From Vulcanimicrobiota bacterium (lineage in GTDB: Bacteria; Vulcanimicrobiota; Vulcanimicrobiia; Vulcanimicrobiales; Vulcanimicrobiaceae): a stretch of DNA of 64,000 nt. Of the stretch, positions 38,666-49,584 are shown one piece after another. Positions within the stretch are counted from its first letter, which is position 1, and every line of letters begins with the position of its first letter. The stretch is from the NCBI GenBank assembly GCA_963795855.1, contig CAWCIZ010000002.1, positions 544,001 through 608,000 of the forward strand, given 5' to 3'. The translations under genes and the position numbers were made by a program. The notes below the pieces were generated by a model. It made no database searches and had not been told where the DNA came from. It worked only from the letters and a program-made list of their open reading frames with translations.

Positions 38666-39454
38666 ATGATGACGCACCCGAAGATCGCGACGCGCGAGGA
38701 ATGGCTCGCCGCTCGGCTGGAGTTGCTGAAGTCGGAAAAAGAATTGACCCACCGCAGCGACGAGCTGACGCGCCGGCGCATGGAACTGCCCTGGGTTCGG
38801 ATCGACAAGGAATATCGGTTCGAGACGGACGAGGGCACGGCGTCGCTTGCCGACCTCTTTAAAGGACGCTCGCAGCTGCTGATCTACCACTTCATGTTCG
38901 GACCGGATTACGAGGCGGGATGTCCGTCGTGCTCGTCCATTGCCGACGGCTTCAACGGCATCGTCGTGCATCTGCAGAATCACGACGTCGCGTTCAGCGC
39001 GGTGTCGCGCGCTCCGCTCGCCAAATTGCAAGCGTACAAGAAACGCATGGGCTGGAGTTTCCCATGGGCATCCTCGTCGGAGAGCGACTTCAACTTTCAA
39101 TTCAACGTCTCGTACACGGAGGAGCAAGAGCGCGAAGGCGACGTCGAGTACAACTTCCGGCGGATGGAAGCGGATCCGACGCCAATCGAAAGTTCGGAAG
39201 AGGAACATCGCTGGTCGAAGCGCTTCGCCGCGATGGCTGGAACCGATCGCGCAACGTACGGTCGTGAAGCACCCGGCGTAAGTGCGTTCGTACGCGAGGA
39301 CGGTGTCGTGTACCACACGTACTCGACGTATGCGCGCGGTCTGGACGGGTTATGGAATATGTATCAGTGGCTCGACCGCGCACCGCGAGGACGCAACGAA
39401 AGCTTCGATGCCGAACCATGGCTGCGCCAGCACGACAGATACGGAACGCCGTAG
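38666..39454 (+). CDS. DUF899 thioredoxin-like protein
   Basis: REEWLAARLELLKSEKELT, YHFMFGP...GCPSCS, YHTYSTYARG. Confidence 0.9.
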   Translation: MMTHPKIATREEWLAARLELLKSEKELTHRSDELTRRRMELPWVRIDKEYRFETDEGTASLADLFKGRSQLLIYHFMFGPDYEAGCPSCSSIADGFNGIVVHLQNHDVAFSAVSRAPLAKLQAYKKRMGWSFPWASSSESDFNFQFNVSYTEEQEREGDVEYNFRRMEADPTPIESSEEEHRWSKRFAAMAGTDRATYGREAPGVSAFVREDGVVYHTYSTYARGLDGLWNMYQWLDRAPRGRNESFDAEPWLRQHDRYGTP

Positions 39455-39522
39455 CGCCAGCGCTAATTCCGCAGCCTATCGCTGTCGATTTACCGCGGCA
39501 CCGGATCTGCACGTTACCGAGT

Positions 39523-40371
39523 CTACGGGTTGGAGTGGCTCTTCACCAGAGCTAATGCTGCAGTGATCGCGTCGACTACACAGCCGGGTTGATCGACTTG
39601 GATGTAATGCCTGGATTCCGGAACGAGGACGTGCATCGCGTGTGGGATTGTCGCTAAGAACTTTTCATGAAGCTGCAGTTTTAGGTCCTGTTCGAGGGGA
39701 TTTCCCGGAAAGGCAGGGTTCTTTTTCGTACCGGTAAGTAGGATAGTCGGAACTACGGGTAATGGAAAGGCCATCGACGCTTCGACGCCGCTCGACTGCA
39801 ATGCTTCGTTTTCTCGACGTACTGCCGGAGGCATTGCGCCCTCGCTGGCTTTTATCGAAGCAAGGCGCGCTGCATAATCAGCCTTTGACATGTGCTCTTT
39901 CACTGCTGCCTCGAGGCCTTCCGGAACGGGATCGACGAAAACAAGAGCGGCGGTTTCACGGGGATACGTGTGCGCGAACACGCGAATTACCAGACCACCT
40001 AAAGAATGTCCGACAAGCACGTAGGGTGGCGGCACATCAAGCATCCGTAAGAGCTCGTGCAGATCAGCCGCCATCGTCGCCGCGTCCCGTTTGCGAGATG
40101 TGGCCGCGGATTCTCCAAGCCCGGGACGGTCATAGGAAACCGTTGTAGCGAATTTCGCAATCGCCGGGACCACTTTCGACCAAGTTGTTCCATCTTCACC
40201 CAAGCCGGACTCAAAAACCACCGCTGCATCACCCGCATGTCGCGATACGACCGCGTGTACTGAAGTACCGTTCAAGTTAACATAGGTGTCGCCACTGACG
40301 GAAACGGGCGGCGGCGACACGGCGAGCGCGAATAGCGCAACGCAAGCACCAGCGACGCGAAATGCGATCAC
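39523..40371 (-). CDS. Secreted alpha/beta hydrolase
   Basis: VVFESGLG, YDRPGLG, GHSLGG, SRHYIQ. Confidence 0.88.
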   Translation of the reverse strand: MIAFRVAGACVALFALAVSPPPVSVSGDTYVNLNGTSVHAVVSRHAGDAAVVFESGLGEDGTTWSKVVPAIAKFATTVSYDRPGLGESAATSRKRDAATMAADLHELLRMLDVPPPYVLVGHSLGGLVIRVFAHTYPRETAALVFVDPVPEGLEAAVKEHMSKADYAARLASIKASEGAMPPAVRRENEALQSSGVEASMAFPLPVVPTILLTGTKKNPAFPGNPLEQDLKLQLHEKFLATIPHAMHVLVPESRHYIQVDQPGCVVDAITAALALVKSHSNP

Positions 40372-40574
40372 ACACTACCGTCCTCAGCACGAAGGAAGTT
40401 AACTCTTAATATATTAGTTGATGTTCGCCGCGTTGTCAATTGTGGCACGAGAACGAACGGGTGATTCGCAAGATTGCGCAATGCGTGTCGCAGAAAAACT
40501 CGCGCCAATGTGGTGAGTGCGGCGTTGTCCGGCACGACGCGGGAAACGCACATCCGCACCGCGTAGCTCGCCGA

Positions 40575-42602
40575 ATGATGCTCGCTGCGATTGCCTTTTC
40601 ATTGGCACAGGTTCTTTCGTATCCGCTTCCTACGGCGCTCAGCGCGAGCGCCGATGGCCGCACGATCGTCTACGCTATAAATCAGCAGGGCAAGCGCAGC
40701 ATTTGGATCGCGCGCGCACCGCAATATCAACCCAAAAGAATCGTCGCGTACACGAGCGACGATGGGCAGAGCATCGGTTCGGTGCAAATCTCGGCGGACG
40801 GCTCGCACGTCGTGTACGTGCACGGGAATTCCGAGAATCCGAGCCTGCAACTGAGCAAACCAGAGCCACAGGTCTACGCCGTCGACGTGGGCACCGGCGC
40901 CCAGGCGCTGCTCGGTGCGGGATATGGGCCGGCGATCTCGGCCGACGGCGCGCAAGTCGCGTTTCTCAATAAAAATGCGGTCTGGACAGTTCCCATTGAC
41001 GGGCAAACGGCGGCGAGGCAACTGTTCTACGATCAAGGCAAGGATTCGGATCTGCAGTGGCAGCCGCACGGCGATGCGCTGGCGTTCACCTCGACGCGCG
41101 ACGATCACTCGCTCATCGGCGTTTATCGGGGCCCGAATCGGCCGCTGCAATTTCTTGCGCCGTCCGTTTACAATGACATGGAAGAACGCTGGTCGCCGGA
41201 CGGCACGCGCATCGCGTTCGCACGCACACCGGGTGACGGCGGCGCGCCGCAGTCGCCGCTGCAGCGGCCGATTGTGCCGTGGTCGCTCATGGTTGCGCAG
41301 ATCTCCGATGGAAGCGCGCGCGCCATGTGGCGCGGTCCGCGCACCGAACGCGCGTCGTTTCCGACCGAAGGGGGCGACGTCGATCTCACGTGGGCCGGAA
41401 ACGATCGAGTCGTATTCATCAGCGAGATGGACAATTGGCCGCATCTGTACGCGGTCAGTGCAGAGCAGAGTGCGAAGCGATTAACGAGCGGCAATTTCGC
41501 AGTCACGTCGTTCACCGTTTCTCCTGATGGGCAATCGATAATCTACTCGGCGAATACCGGTAGAACGGCGGGTGATATCGATCGCTGGCATCTGTACCGC
41601 GTGAATATTGCGAACGGGGCAACGCAGACCTTGACCTCGGGCGCATCGTCGCAGTGGTGGCCGGCGCAGCTCGCGGACGGGCACATCATGTACGTCACCG
41701 CAACCGCGCAGCAGCCGCCGATGATTGCCTTCGCGGATGCAAACGGTTCGCAGCGGCGCCTGCTCGACGGCTTGCTGCTGCCGGGCGATTTTCCGGCATC
41801 GAAACTCGTCACGCCGCGCGACGTGACGTATCATGCGCCGGACGGCACGCTCATTCACGCGCAACTGTTTGAACCTTCCACAAACGCGCGCCGAGTGACA
41901 AACCGATACCCCGCGGTTATTTTCGTCCATGGCGGACCGATGCGACAGATGCTGCTGACCTGGAATTCGAGCGGATATTATTCCAATGCGTACGCGGTGG
42001 ACCAATATTTAGCGCAACGGGGTATCGCAGTTCTTTCCATCAACTATCGTTCGGGTATCGATTACGGGCACGATTTCCATTACGCGCTTCGCCGCGGATG
42101 GACCGGTGCGAGTGAATACCAAGACGTGCTCGCGGGGGCCCACTGGCTCCAGGCGCAGCGGGAAATCGACGGCGCACACATCGGCATCTGGGGCGGTTCG
42201 TGGGGCGGTTATCTGACGGCCCTTGCCCTGGCGCGAAACTCCGACGTCTTCAAGGCAGGAGTCGATTTTAGCGGCGTGCACAATCTCTCGCACGACGCGG
42301 TGTGGTACTTCCATGGCGAGCAGGCCGACACGATCGACCTGAAGCCGTGGATCCAACTCGGATGGCAATCTTCGCCGGATGCCTCGATTGCGAAATGGCG
42401 CTCGCCGGTGCTGCTGATTCAAGGCGACGACGATCCGGACGTTTCTTTTCATCAACTCGTCGACTTGGTGCCGCGTTTAGAGGAGCATCACGTGCCGTAT
42501 CAACTGCTGGTGTTCCCCGACGAGGGACATTCCTTCTTACGTTATGCAACGTGGTTGCGCGCCGATACGGCGACCGCCGCATTTTTGACGGAGCACTTGT
42601 AA
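40575..42602 (+). CDS. S9-family (prolyl oligopeptidase-like) peptidase with PD40 propeller
   Basis: HGGP, GIWGGSWGG, QGDDDPDV, PDEGH. Confidence 0.92.
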   Translation: MMLAAIAFSLAQVLSYPLPTALSASADGRTIVYAINQQGKRSIWIARAPQYQPKRIVAYTSDDGQSIGSVQISADGSHVVYVHGNSENPSLQLSKPEPQVYAVDVGTGAQALLGAGYGPAISADGAQVAFLNKNAVWTVPIDGQTAARQLFYDQGKDSDLQWQPHGDALAFTSTRDDHSLIGVYRGPNRPLQFLAPSVYNDMEERWSPDGTRIAFARTPGDGGAPQSPLQRPIVPWSLMVAQISDGSARAMWRGPRTERASFPTEGGDVDLTWAGNDRVVFISEMDNWPHLYAVSAEQSAKRLTSGNFAVTSFTVSPDGQSIIYSANTGRTAGDIDRWHLYRVNIANGATQTLTSGASSQWWPAQLADGHIMYVTATAQQPPMIAFADANGSQRRLLDGLLLPGDFPASKLVTPRDVTYHAPDGTLIHAQLFEPSTNARRVTNRYPAVIFVHGGPMRQMLLTWNSSGYYSNAYAVDQYLAQRGIAVLSINYRSGIDYGHDFHYALRRGWTGASEYQDVLAGAHWLQAQREIDGAHIGIWGGSWGGYLTALALARNSDVFKAGVDFSGVHNLSHDAVWYFHGEQADTIDLKPWIQLGWQSSPDASIAKWRSPVLLIQGDDDPDVSFHQLVDLVPRLEEHHVPYQLLVFPDEGHSFLRYATWLRADTATAAFLTEHL

Positions 42603-42676
42603 CATCGTGCTGGCCGGATCACGACGAGCGGGGAACGACCTTGTTTGGTTTGCGGCGCCACAATGACGCACCCTTA

Positions 42677-44119
42677 CTAGTAAGTCAGCGTATCGATAAC
42701 CTCGGCGCCCGCAACGAGGCCGTCGTCATCGCGGCTGTATGCGTAAAGCAGCGTTTTCTTCGCCGTCTTTACCATGAAGAGATACGCGGTGGTGGGCGGC
42801 CGGCGATCCGTCGAAACCAGCTTGTACGTGCGACTGCCCAATGACCCGAGCGCTTGCAACGCCGCGCGGTGCGCCGGAATCAGATGCGCGCGAAAGTCCG
42901 GACGCAACTTCGACATGTCGACGCGGCCGGCGATTGCATCGTCGAGCCAGCGCTGAGCCGCCGCGACCATTGCCGGATCCGCCGGCGGGCGCGCGGCCTT
43001 ACCGGGCGTGGCTCCAGGATGCGGCGAGGGCTTCACCGCCGCGGACGGAACGAGCGCGCGATACAGCGCGGACACCGTGCTGTTGTAGCTGAACGCACCG
43101 CTGTTCGCTAAGACGACGATGCCGAGATGGTCGTCCGGAAAACGCGCATCCTGCGTTGCGGCGCCGTACGTGTTGCCGCCGTGCGAGATCATCAAGTGCC
43201 CGTTCGGCAAATGCGAAATCTCGATTCCGAATCCGTAATCCGGAAACGGATCGTTTTTACCGATGCGGTGCGGCGTCATCATTTCGGTGAGCGAATGCTT
43301 GGAGAGCAGTCTTCCGCCGGATAGCGCGGCATTCCACTTTGCAAGGTCGCGAGCGTTACTGATGATCGCTCCCGCGCCGCCGAACCACGTGTAATCCAGG
43401 TGCGTCGCGTGCTCCCACGGTCCGAGCGCAAACGACTCGTATTCCGTCGCGACGTTGGGGCGCGTGTCGTCGTAGCCGCGCACGAAGGTCGACGTCATGC
43501 CGAGCGGTTTAAAGATCCGCTGCTCGAGGAAATCGCCGTAACTCATGCCGGAAACGTGTTCGATGAGCAGCGCCAGCAGATTGTATCCGGTATTCGAATA
43601 CTCGCGCGCCGTTCCGGGCGTGAATGCAAGCGGCCGATGATCGACCGAGTTCACCAAGTCCTGCAGCGTGGTCGGGCGGTTCCCGATTTCATCGAAGGTC
43701 CCGATCTCGGTGTATTCCGCGTAACCGCCGGAGTGCGTGAGCAAATTGCGCAGCGTCACCTGGTTCGCATGCGGGATATTCGGCAAGTATTTGGAGAGGC
43801 GATCGTCGACGTTCAGTTTCCCTTCGTCCTGAAGCATCAGGATCGCCGTCGCGGTGAACTGCTTGGTGTTCGAACCGATCGGGTAACTCGTGTCGCCGCG
43901 CGCGGGGACCGCATCCTCGACGTTCATGTAGCCGAAGCCCTTGGCATAAACCACCGAGCCGCGGCTCAGGATCGCAATGGTGACGCCCGGCGCCGCTCGC
44001 CCGGCGACCGACTTGTTTCCAATGGCATTAATCGCAGCGATTTGTTGCGGCGTGAGCGAAAGGGGCGCAGCGCCGAGAAGGCCCAGCAGTGCCGCTGCAG
44101 CGGCGATCGTTCGAATCAT
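42677..44119 (-). CDS. Secreted serine hydrolase (beta-lactamase class C-like)
   Basis: GSNTK (SxxK), LLTHSGG, YSN, HGG. Confidence 0.9.
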   Translation of the reverse strand: MIRTIAAAAALLGLLGAAPLSLTPQQIAAINAIGNKSVAGRAAPGVTIAILSRGSVVYAKGFGYMNVEDAVPARGDTSYPIGSNTKQFTATAILMLQDEGKLNVDDRLSKYLPNIPHANQVTLRNLLTHSGGYAEYTEIGTFDEIGNRPTTLQDLVNSVDHRPLAFTPGTAREYSNTGYNLLALLIEHVSGMSYGDFLEQRIFKPLGMTSTFVRGYDDTRPNVATEYESFALGPWEHATHLDYTWFGGAGAIISNARDLAKWNAALSGGRLLSKHSLTEMMTPHRIGKNDPFPDYGFGIEISHLPNGHLMISHGGNTYGAATQDARFPDDHLGIVVLANSGAFSYNSTVSALYRALVPSAAVKPSPHPGATPGKAARPPADPAMVAAAQRWLDDAIAGRVDMSKLRPDFRAHLIPAHRAALQALGSLGSRTYKLVSTDRRPPTTAYLFMVKTAKKTLLYAYSRDDDGLVAGAEVIDTLTY

Positions 44120-44196
44120 GCCGGGTCTTACGGCGCCTCAACGATATTTTCCCGCATTCGGCAGTATTTCGGCCGACATTCCCAAAAAGGCCAACC

Positions 44197-45753
44197 ATGA
44201 ACAAGACGGTCTTCGTGGGCGCAACGGTCGTGGACGGCACCGGCGGACCCGCTCGCGCGTGCGACGTGTTCGTTGACGCAGAGCGCATCGAAGACGTACG
44301 GCCGCATGCGGACACGCACGCAGGTTGGAGGACCGTCGATGCCACGGGTCTGGTAATCGCGCCGGGCTTCATCGACGTGCACTCGCACGGCGACAACGCC
44401 CCGCTTCTTCCCGAAGACGACACGATGAAGATACTGCAAGGCGTCACGACCGAAGTGGTCGGCAACTGCGGCATAAGCCTTGCGCCGACCTCACCGCAGC
44501 ACCGCCCCGCGATGCTGATCGGCACGCATTTTGCCGACCTGCTGCGTGCCACGGACGCGCGGGGGTACGTCACCAATTACGCGCCGCTCGTGGGACACGG
44601 CTCGCTGCGCGCGGCGGCAATGGGGATGGATCGCCGCGCAGCAACGGCGCAAGAACGCGCATCCATGCGGGCATCGCTCGAAGAAGCGATCGAGGCTGGA
44701 GCATTCGGGCTTTCCACAGGACTCATTTATCCGCCCGGCGTGTTTTCCGATTTGGACGAACTCGTCGATTTGGCGAAATGTCTGCCGGCCGGAACAATCT
44801 ACACATCGCACATCCGCGGCGAGGGCGATACGCTGCTCGACGCCGTCAGGGAGGCGTTGGCGATCGGCGAAAAAGCACGCGTTCCGGTGCAAATCTCGCA
44901 TCACAAAGCCAGCGGCAAGAAAAACTGGGGAAAGACGCGCGACTCGCTCGAGTTGATTCGACAAGCACGCGCGCGCGGCGTGGTGGTGCATCAAGACGTG
45001 TATCCTTACACCGCCGGCAGCACCTATTTGAAAGCGGTGCTCCCGCCCGAATTCCACGAGGGCGGGAATGAAGCGACGCTCGAGCGTCTGCGCGATCCGC
45101 AGCGATTGAAAGAACTGCGAAACACGATCGAGGGCGATACGGCGGATTTTCAAAATTTCGTTGCGGAAGCGGGATACGACGGAATTCTGATCGCGTTCAC
45201 GCCGAGCCATCGTTTCGAGGGCCGGACAATTGTCGAAATTGCGCGGGAGCGCGGCTGCTCGGAATTCGACGCGCTGATTCACGTTCTCGTGACCGAACAA
45301 CTGTCCGCGATGATGACGATCTTCCTGATGAACGAGGACGACATCGCGCGCGTACTGCGCGACGAACACACGGTCATCGGTTCGGACGGAGCGGCGCCCG
45401 GCGTGCAAGGGCGCCATCATCCGCGATCGTACGGCACCTTCCCGCGGGTCATCGCGCAACACGTGCGCGAACTCGGCACGCTTACGCTGGAAACAGCCAT
45501 TCACAAGATGACCGGCTTGCCGGCCCGCATTTTCAACATCGCCGATCGCGGCACGATCGCTCCGGGGAACTTCGCAGATCTGGTTGCGTTCGATCCGCAG
45601 ACGTTTTCGGACGATCTGGATTACCGCGATCCGGTGCGCAATCCGAAAGGCTTGGCCTGGGTGACGGTGCGCGGCACCGAAGTGGTTCGCGGTACGACGT
45701 ATCTGGGGAGGCGCTGCGGCGCACGATTGACGCCGGCGGCTTTCATGCAGTAG
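44197..45753 (+). CDS. N-acyl-D-amino-acid deacylase (D-aminoacylase)
   Basis: PGFIDVHSH, GVTTEVVGNCG, ISHHK, DVYPYTAGST, GSDG, HPRSYGTFPR. Confidence 0.92.
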   Translation: MNKTVFVGATVVDGTGGPARACDVFVDAERIEDVRPHADTHAGWRTVDATGLVIAPGFIDVHSHGDNAPLLPEDDTMKILQGVTTEVVGNCGISLAPTSPQHRPAMLIGTHFADLLRATDARGYVTNYAPLVGHGSLRAAAMGMDRRAATAQERASMRASLEEAIEAGAFGLSTGLIYPPGVFSDLDELVDLAKCLPAGTIYTSHIRGEGDTLLDAVREALAIGEKARVPVQISHHKASGKKNWGKTRDSLELIRQARARGVVVHQDVYPYTAGSTYLKAVLPPEFHEGGNEATLERLRDPQRLKELRNTIEGDTADFQNFVAEAGYDGILIAFTPSHRFEGRTIVEIARERGCSEFDALIHVLVTEQLSAMMTIFLMNEDDIARVLRDEHTVIGSDGAAPGVQGRHHPRSYGTFPRVIAQHVRELGTLTLETAIHKMTGLPARIFNIADRGTIAPGNFADLVAFDPQTFSDDLDYRDPVRNPKGLAWVTVRGTEVVRGTTYLGRRCGARLTPAAFMQ

Positions 45754-45809
45754 CTTGCCGACCCGTGGTCACACCCGCTGAAATGGGTTTTTCGCTAAAA
45801 CCGGACGCG

Positions 45810-46385
45810 TTAAAGCGGCGACCTCGCAGCGACGACGGCCGCGGCCATCGCGAGTTTGTGATCGGCGTTCCAAGGCGGACCGATTGTTTTGCGCAGTTCG
45901 AGAAAATATGCGTCGAGGTTTTCGAGGTGCAGTGCTTGCGTTGCGGAAGCGAAGACCGTCTTCGCGTCGTACCAATGGACCCGCAAACCGCGCGCCTCTG
46001 CAGCGCCGGCAAGTGCTTTGCGATACATCACCCAGTCGGCGAGGTTTCGCGCGCGGTAGTCTTTGATGCGTTCGGCAATCGTCGGCGGAAGCGGCGGGCA
46101 GATGCGAAGTGCTATGTCTTCAATCCCCGGTACCGCTGCCGCGGTGGCATCCAGCGCAAGCACCGCATGTTTTTCTGCGGAGGCGTGCACGCGCTCCACT
46201 AACGCGACGGCTGCAGCGTCCGGTAACATCTGCGCTTCGTGATGATGCGGAATACTCGGCAAGGACTCATCCACAAGTTCCACGCGGCGGCGATCCAGGA
46301 GCGTTCCATCGCGCGTTGCCGTCACGAACACCGCCCAGCCGCCGTGATCCGAAACGCCGATTATAGCGCGATTCGGGACCTTCAC
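45810..46385 (-). CDS. Hypothetical protein (RNase H-like start, IGVSDHGGWA)
   Basis: GTGA-coupled to the upstream gene; GPPWNADHKLA C-terminus. Confidence 0.65.
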   Translation of the reverse strand: MKVPNRAIIGVSDHGGWAVFVTATRDGTLLDRRRVELVDESLPSIPHHHEAQMLPDAAAVALVERVHASAEKHAVLALDATAAAVPGIEDIALRICPPLPPTIAERIKDYRARNLADWVMYRKALAGAAEARGLRVHWYDAKTVFASATQALHLENLDAYFLELRKTIGPPWNADHKLAMAAAVVAARSPL

Positions 46386-47207
46386 ACCGCCGTCAGCGCC
46401 GTGGCCTGCAAAAACAAGCTGAACCAGTTGTAACGCTGCATCAGTTCGTCGTGCGCTACGGTCGTCAGCACGAACGTCGGTGCGCGGGTTTGCAACTCGG
46501 CCAGCGTCATGCCGTGCGCCGTATGGACGAAGATATTCGGCGTCGGCCCCTGGATCAGGGACATGAGGTAGACGTTTCCGTTTTCCGTGTCCGCGGTGAA
46601 AAGGCTGAGCAAATGATTGCCGTCTCGCGCTTTGACCCAAGACGCGAAGACGTCGTAGAACGCATACGCGGTGTCGAACATGAGGACGTCGGTAATGGCA
46701 TCGCTCAATCCACCGCGAGCCAGAACGCCCGCTTCGCCGCCGTAACCGCCACTGTGCGAACTTAGGACGACTTTTCCGGTGCCGGTCGCTTGCGTTACGC
46801 CCTGCGTACGCAGAAACGCGGCGATCTCATCGATGAGACGCGCGAAGCCCGCCGTCATCGTGCTCGAGCTTGCCGAAGTCGTCATCGCGCGCATCTTTGG
46901 GGCCCTGCGGAACCACGAGGATCGCGTTGCGCCCACTCAGATCCAGTTGTTCGCGTAATCGATAGCGCTGCAGCACGTGGCTGACGTCATTGCAAAAGCC
47001 GTGAAAGTGAACGACGTAGTCGATGGTGTCGGTGGCACGGAAGGCCGCGGGAACGTAAATGCCGACGGTGGAGTCGCGATATGGACGCCCCGCATGCGGA
47101 TACGGCGCGGCATCGAACGGCCGCAGGAACGTACGTCCTTTGAGAGCGGGCAACACCGGCGACGCGAGCGCGCCTCCGGCGATACAGAGGAAATCGGAGC
47201 GACGCAT
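46382..47207 (-). CDS. Alpha/beta-hydrolase-like protein with Tat-like leader, frameshifted near 46850
   Basis: MRRSDFL; VVHFHG; VVPQGP; SHSGGY; HDEL. Confidence 0.65.
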
Positions 47208-47255
47208 AAGCCGTTGTTCCATTTGTTGGGCTACGCCCCTCTCGTCGATTGTCGA

Positions 47256-48356
47256 TCAGCGTTTCGCGAACGAGCCGATCGCAAGCGCAGCCTCCGCGAA
47301 GGCTGCGCGCCGCAGGCGGTACATGACGAAGTATCCGTTGCGGTCGCGTTCCACCAGACCAGCGTGAAAAAGCATGCGCAGATGCCGCGAAACTTGCGGC
47401 TCGGTCGTGTCCAGAAAGCCGGCCAGTTCGCGCGTGGACAAATCCCTTGCGCCAAGCAATTCCACGATGCGCAGCCGCGTTTCATTGCCGAGAGCCGCAA
47501 CACTTCGCGCAAGGGCTGCACGATCTCGCAGCGGCCTTGTGCGAGCAGAGAGCGGGACGACCGGGTAGGCGATGCTGACGCGCAATCCACGCGGCGTGCG
47601 AAGGACGAACGCCTGCAAATGGGGCCAACAGAAATACGAGGGCTCCAGCGTGACCGTGCAGCGCCCGCTCAGATCCACTTGCGCGTCGGCGGCGCCAAAA
47701 ACCAGCGTTGCGCTGCCGTCGCGAGCCTGCCGAACCGAAAGATCATTTGAGAGCGTGCGCATCAGCGCGGTAACGCCGTGGTTTTCGAGCAGCGCCCGGC
47801 GCATTGCGATGTCGTTCAGTAGGCGCGAATGGATCTCGCCCCACACCGGCTCGACGATTTCTGCTTGCACTTGCAGGAGCATGCCGCAGAACCGTTCCAA
47901 ACTCGCAGCGGGCGACGCGACGAACTCGTCCAGCATCGGGCCTGCATCCGGATGACGTTCTGAATATTCCCGGACAGCACGGCGGTACCAGCGCGGCTTG
48001 TCCAGCTCCCGAACCTGATTTGCAGCAAGAAGTTTCGCGCCGCTGAGCCGTCGCACGACGGCTTCGCGGTACGCGCCTACATTCCGACCAAGCACGTCGA
48101 TCTCTGCGGCAGCCGTGCCGGAGCGCGTCCCGCGCCAAAGTTTCGGAAATATCTCCGCTCCCGATGAAAACAAAAACCGGAAGTGCGCCATCTCCGAGCG
48201 CAGCCGCAGCGTGAGGCGCCGTCGAGCATTTCGGATCCACGGCATCTGCTCCGCATGGTGCGCCGGATGCAAGAGCACCTCGACGCTGCGCAGCGTCTCG
48301 CGCGCGGCGGAGAAAGCGAAATGGACCTGGCCCTCGCGGACGCCGTTCAGCTGCAT
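47256..48356 (-). CDS. ArsR-family regulator with long N-terminal (DUF5937-like) domain
   Basis: PSYFCWPH; ALGNETRLRIVELL...VSRHLRML. Confidence 0.85.
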   Translation of the reverse strand: MQLNGVREGQVHFAFSAARETLRSVEVLLHPAHHAEQMPWIRNARRRLTLRLRSEMAHFRFLFSSGAEIFPKLWRGTRSGTAAAEIDVLGRNVGAYREAVVRRLSGAKLLAANQVRELDKPRWYRRAVREYSERHPDAGPMLDEFVASPAASLERFCGMLLQVQAEIVEPVWGEIHSRLLNDIAMRRALLENHGVTALMRTLSNDLSVRQARDGSATLVFGAADAQVDLSGRCTVTLEPSYFCWPHLQAFVLRTPRGLRVSIAYPVVPLSARTRPLRDRAALARSVAALGNETRLRIVELLGARDLSTRELAGFLDTTEPQVSRHLRMLFHAGLVERDRNGYFVMYRLRRAAFAEAALAIGSFAKR

Positions 48357-48414
48357 TGATTGCGTATTCCGATAATCAGTTGCCGGTCTGCACCGGGACG
48401 CTTATCATACCGGA

Positions 48415-49545
48415 ATGCACCTGATTTTTCTATGCCTGCTCGCGCTGCGCGCCGGTTCGACGCCGGCGCCCGGAGATACGCTCTTCGCGCACGGCCGGTT
48501 TACCGAAGCGAACGCTGCATACGCAAAAGCCGTTGCGATCGATTCGCGCGACGTTGACGCGCATGCAGGCCTCGCGCGTGTCGCGCTCTTCGAAAATCGT
48601 TTGGGTGAAGCGGCGCGGGAGGCCCACGCGGCGCTCGCGCTCGATCCTCACAACCGCGTCGCAGAACGGATACTCCACACCGTCGCGCAGCGTCGCGGCG
48701 TGCTGGAAAGTGCGCAAAAACTCGACATTCCCGCTGGAGGCATCATCGTTCCCTTTTTGGCGGTCGATCCGCTGCCGCTGATGCAGTTCAAGGTCAACGG
48801 CCGCATCGGGAATTTTTTACTCGACACGGGCGGCCCGGACGTCGTTCTTGATCCGGGTTTTGCAAACGAACTGGGCTTGGCGGTTACAGGCGGCAAGACC
48901 GGCACGTTCGCGGGCGGGCGCACCGCCCAGGTTCGGCAAACCTTCATTTCCGAAATGAGCGTCGGGCCGCTCGTGCTGCACAACTTGAATGCCGACGTCC
49001 TTCCATCGCGCGGGCTTCCGTTTTTCGGCGAACGCAAGGTCGACGGAGTCGTCGGTACCGTGTTCTTATCGCGGTTTCTTGCGACGATCGATTACCCGCA
49101 TCGACGGCTGGTCCTCAAACCGCGCACCGGCGCCGCTCCGCCCGGTACCGCAGTACCGATGTGGCTGGTTGGCGACCACTTCATCTTCGCCCGGGGCAGC
49201 GTCAACGGCTTGCGCGACCAACTTTTTCTCGTGGACTCCGGCTTGGCGGGCGGCGGCTTTTCACCCGAGGCGAAAACGATAGCGGCCGCGCACCTGAAGA
49301 CGTTTCCGGACAAGGCGCAAACCGGCATCGGCGGCGGCGGTCCCGTCAAGTTCATTCCGGTTGTCGCAGACGAATTATGCCTCGCGAATGCATGCCAAAA
49401 GGACATTCCCGGCATGTATACACCCGAGGGATCGCCGTTGGCGATGTTCCCGTTTGCGGTGTCGGGCGCAGTATCGCATAAGTACTTGGAGCACTACGCG
49501 GTAACGCTCGATTTTTCGAGGATGGAGCTGACGCTGTCGCCCTGA
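48415..49545 (+). CDS. TPR plus tandem retropepsin-like aspartyl protease
   Basis: TPR N-terminus; FLLDTGG...DGVVG and FLVDSG; TATCAT 6 nt before ATG. Confidence 0.85.
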   Translation: MHLIFLCLLALRAGSTPAPGDTLFAHGRFTEANAAYAKAVAIDSRDVDAHAGLARVALFENRLGEAAREAHAALALDPHNRVAERILHTVAQRRGVLESAQKLDIPAGGIIVPFLAVDPLPLMQFKVNGRIGNFLLDTGGPDVVLDPGFANELGLAVTGGKTGTFAGGRTAQVRQTFISEMSVGPLVLHNLNADVLPSRGLPFFGERKVDGVVGTVFLSRFLATIDYPHRRLVLKPRTGAAPPGTAVPMWLVGDHFIFARGSVNGLRDQLFLVDSGLAGGGFSPEAKTIAAAHLKTFPDKAQTGIGGGGPVKFIPVVADELCLANACQKDIPGMYTPEGSPLAMFPFAVSGAVSHKYLEHYAVTLDFSRMELTLSP

Positions 49546-49584
49546 GCGGGATGAGTCGCGCGCTGTTCGCGAAATATCGAGGGT

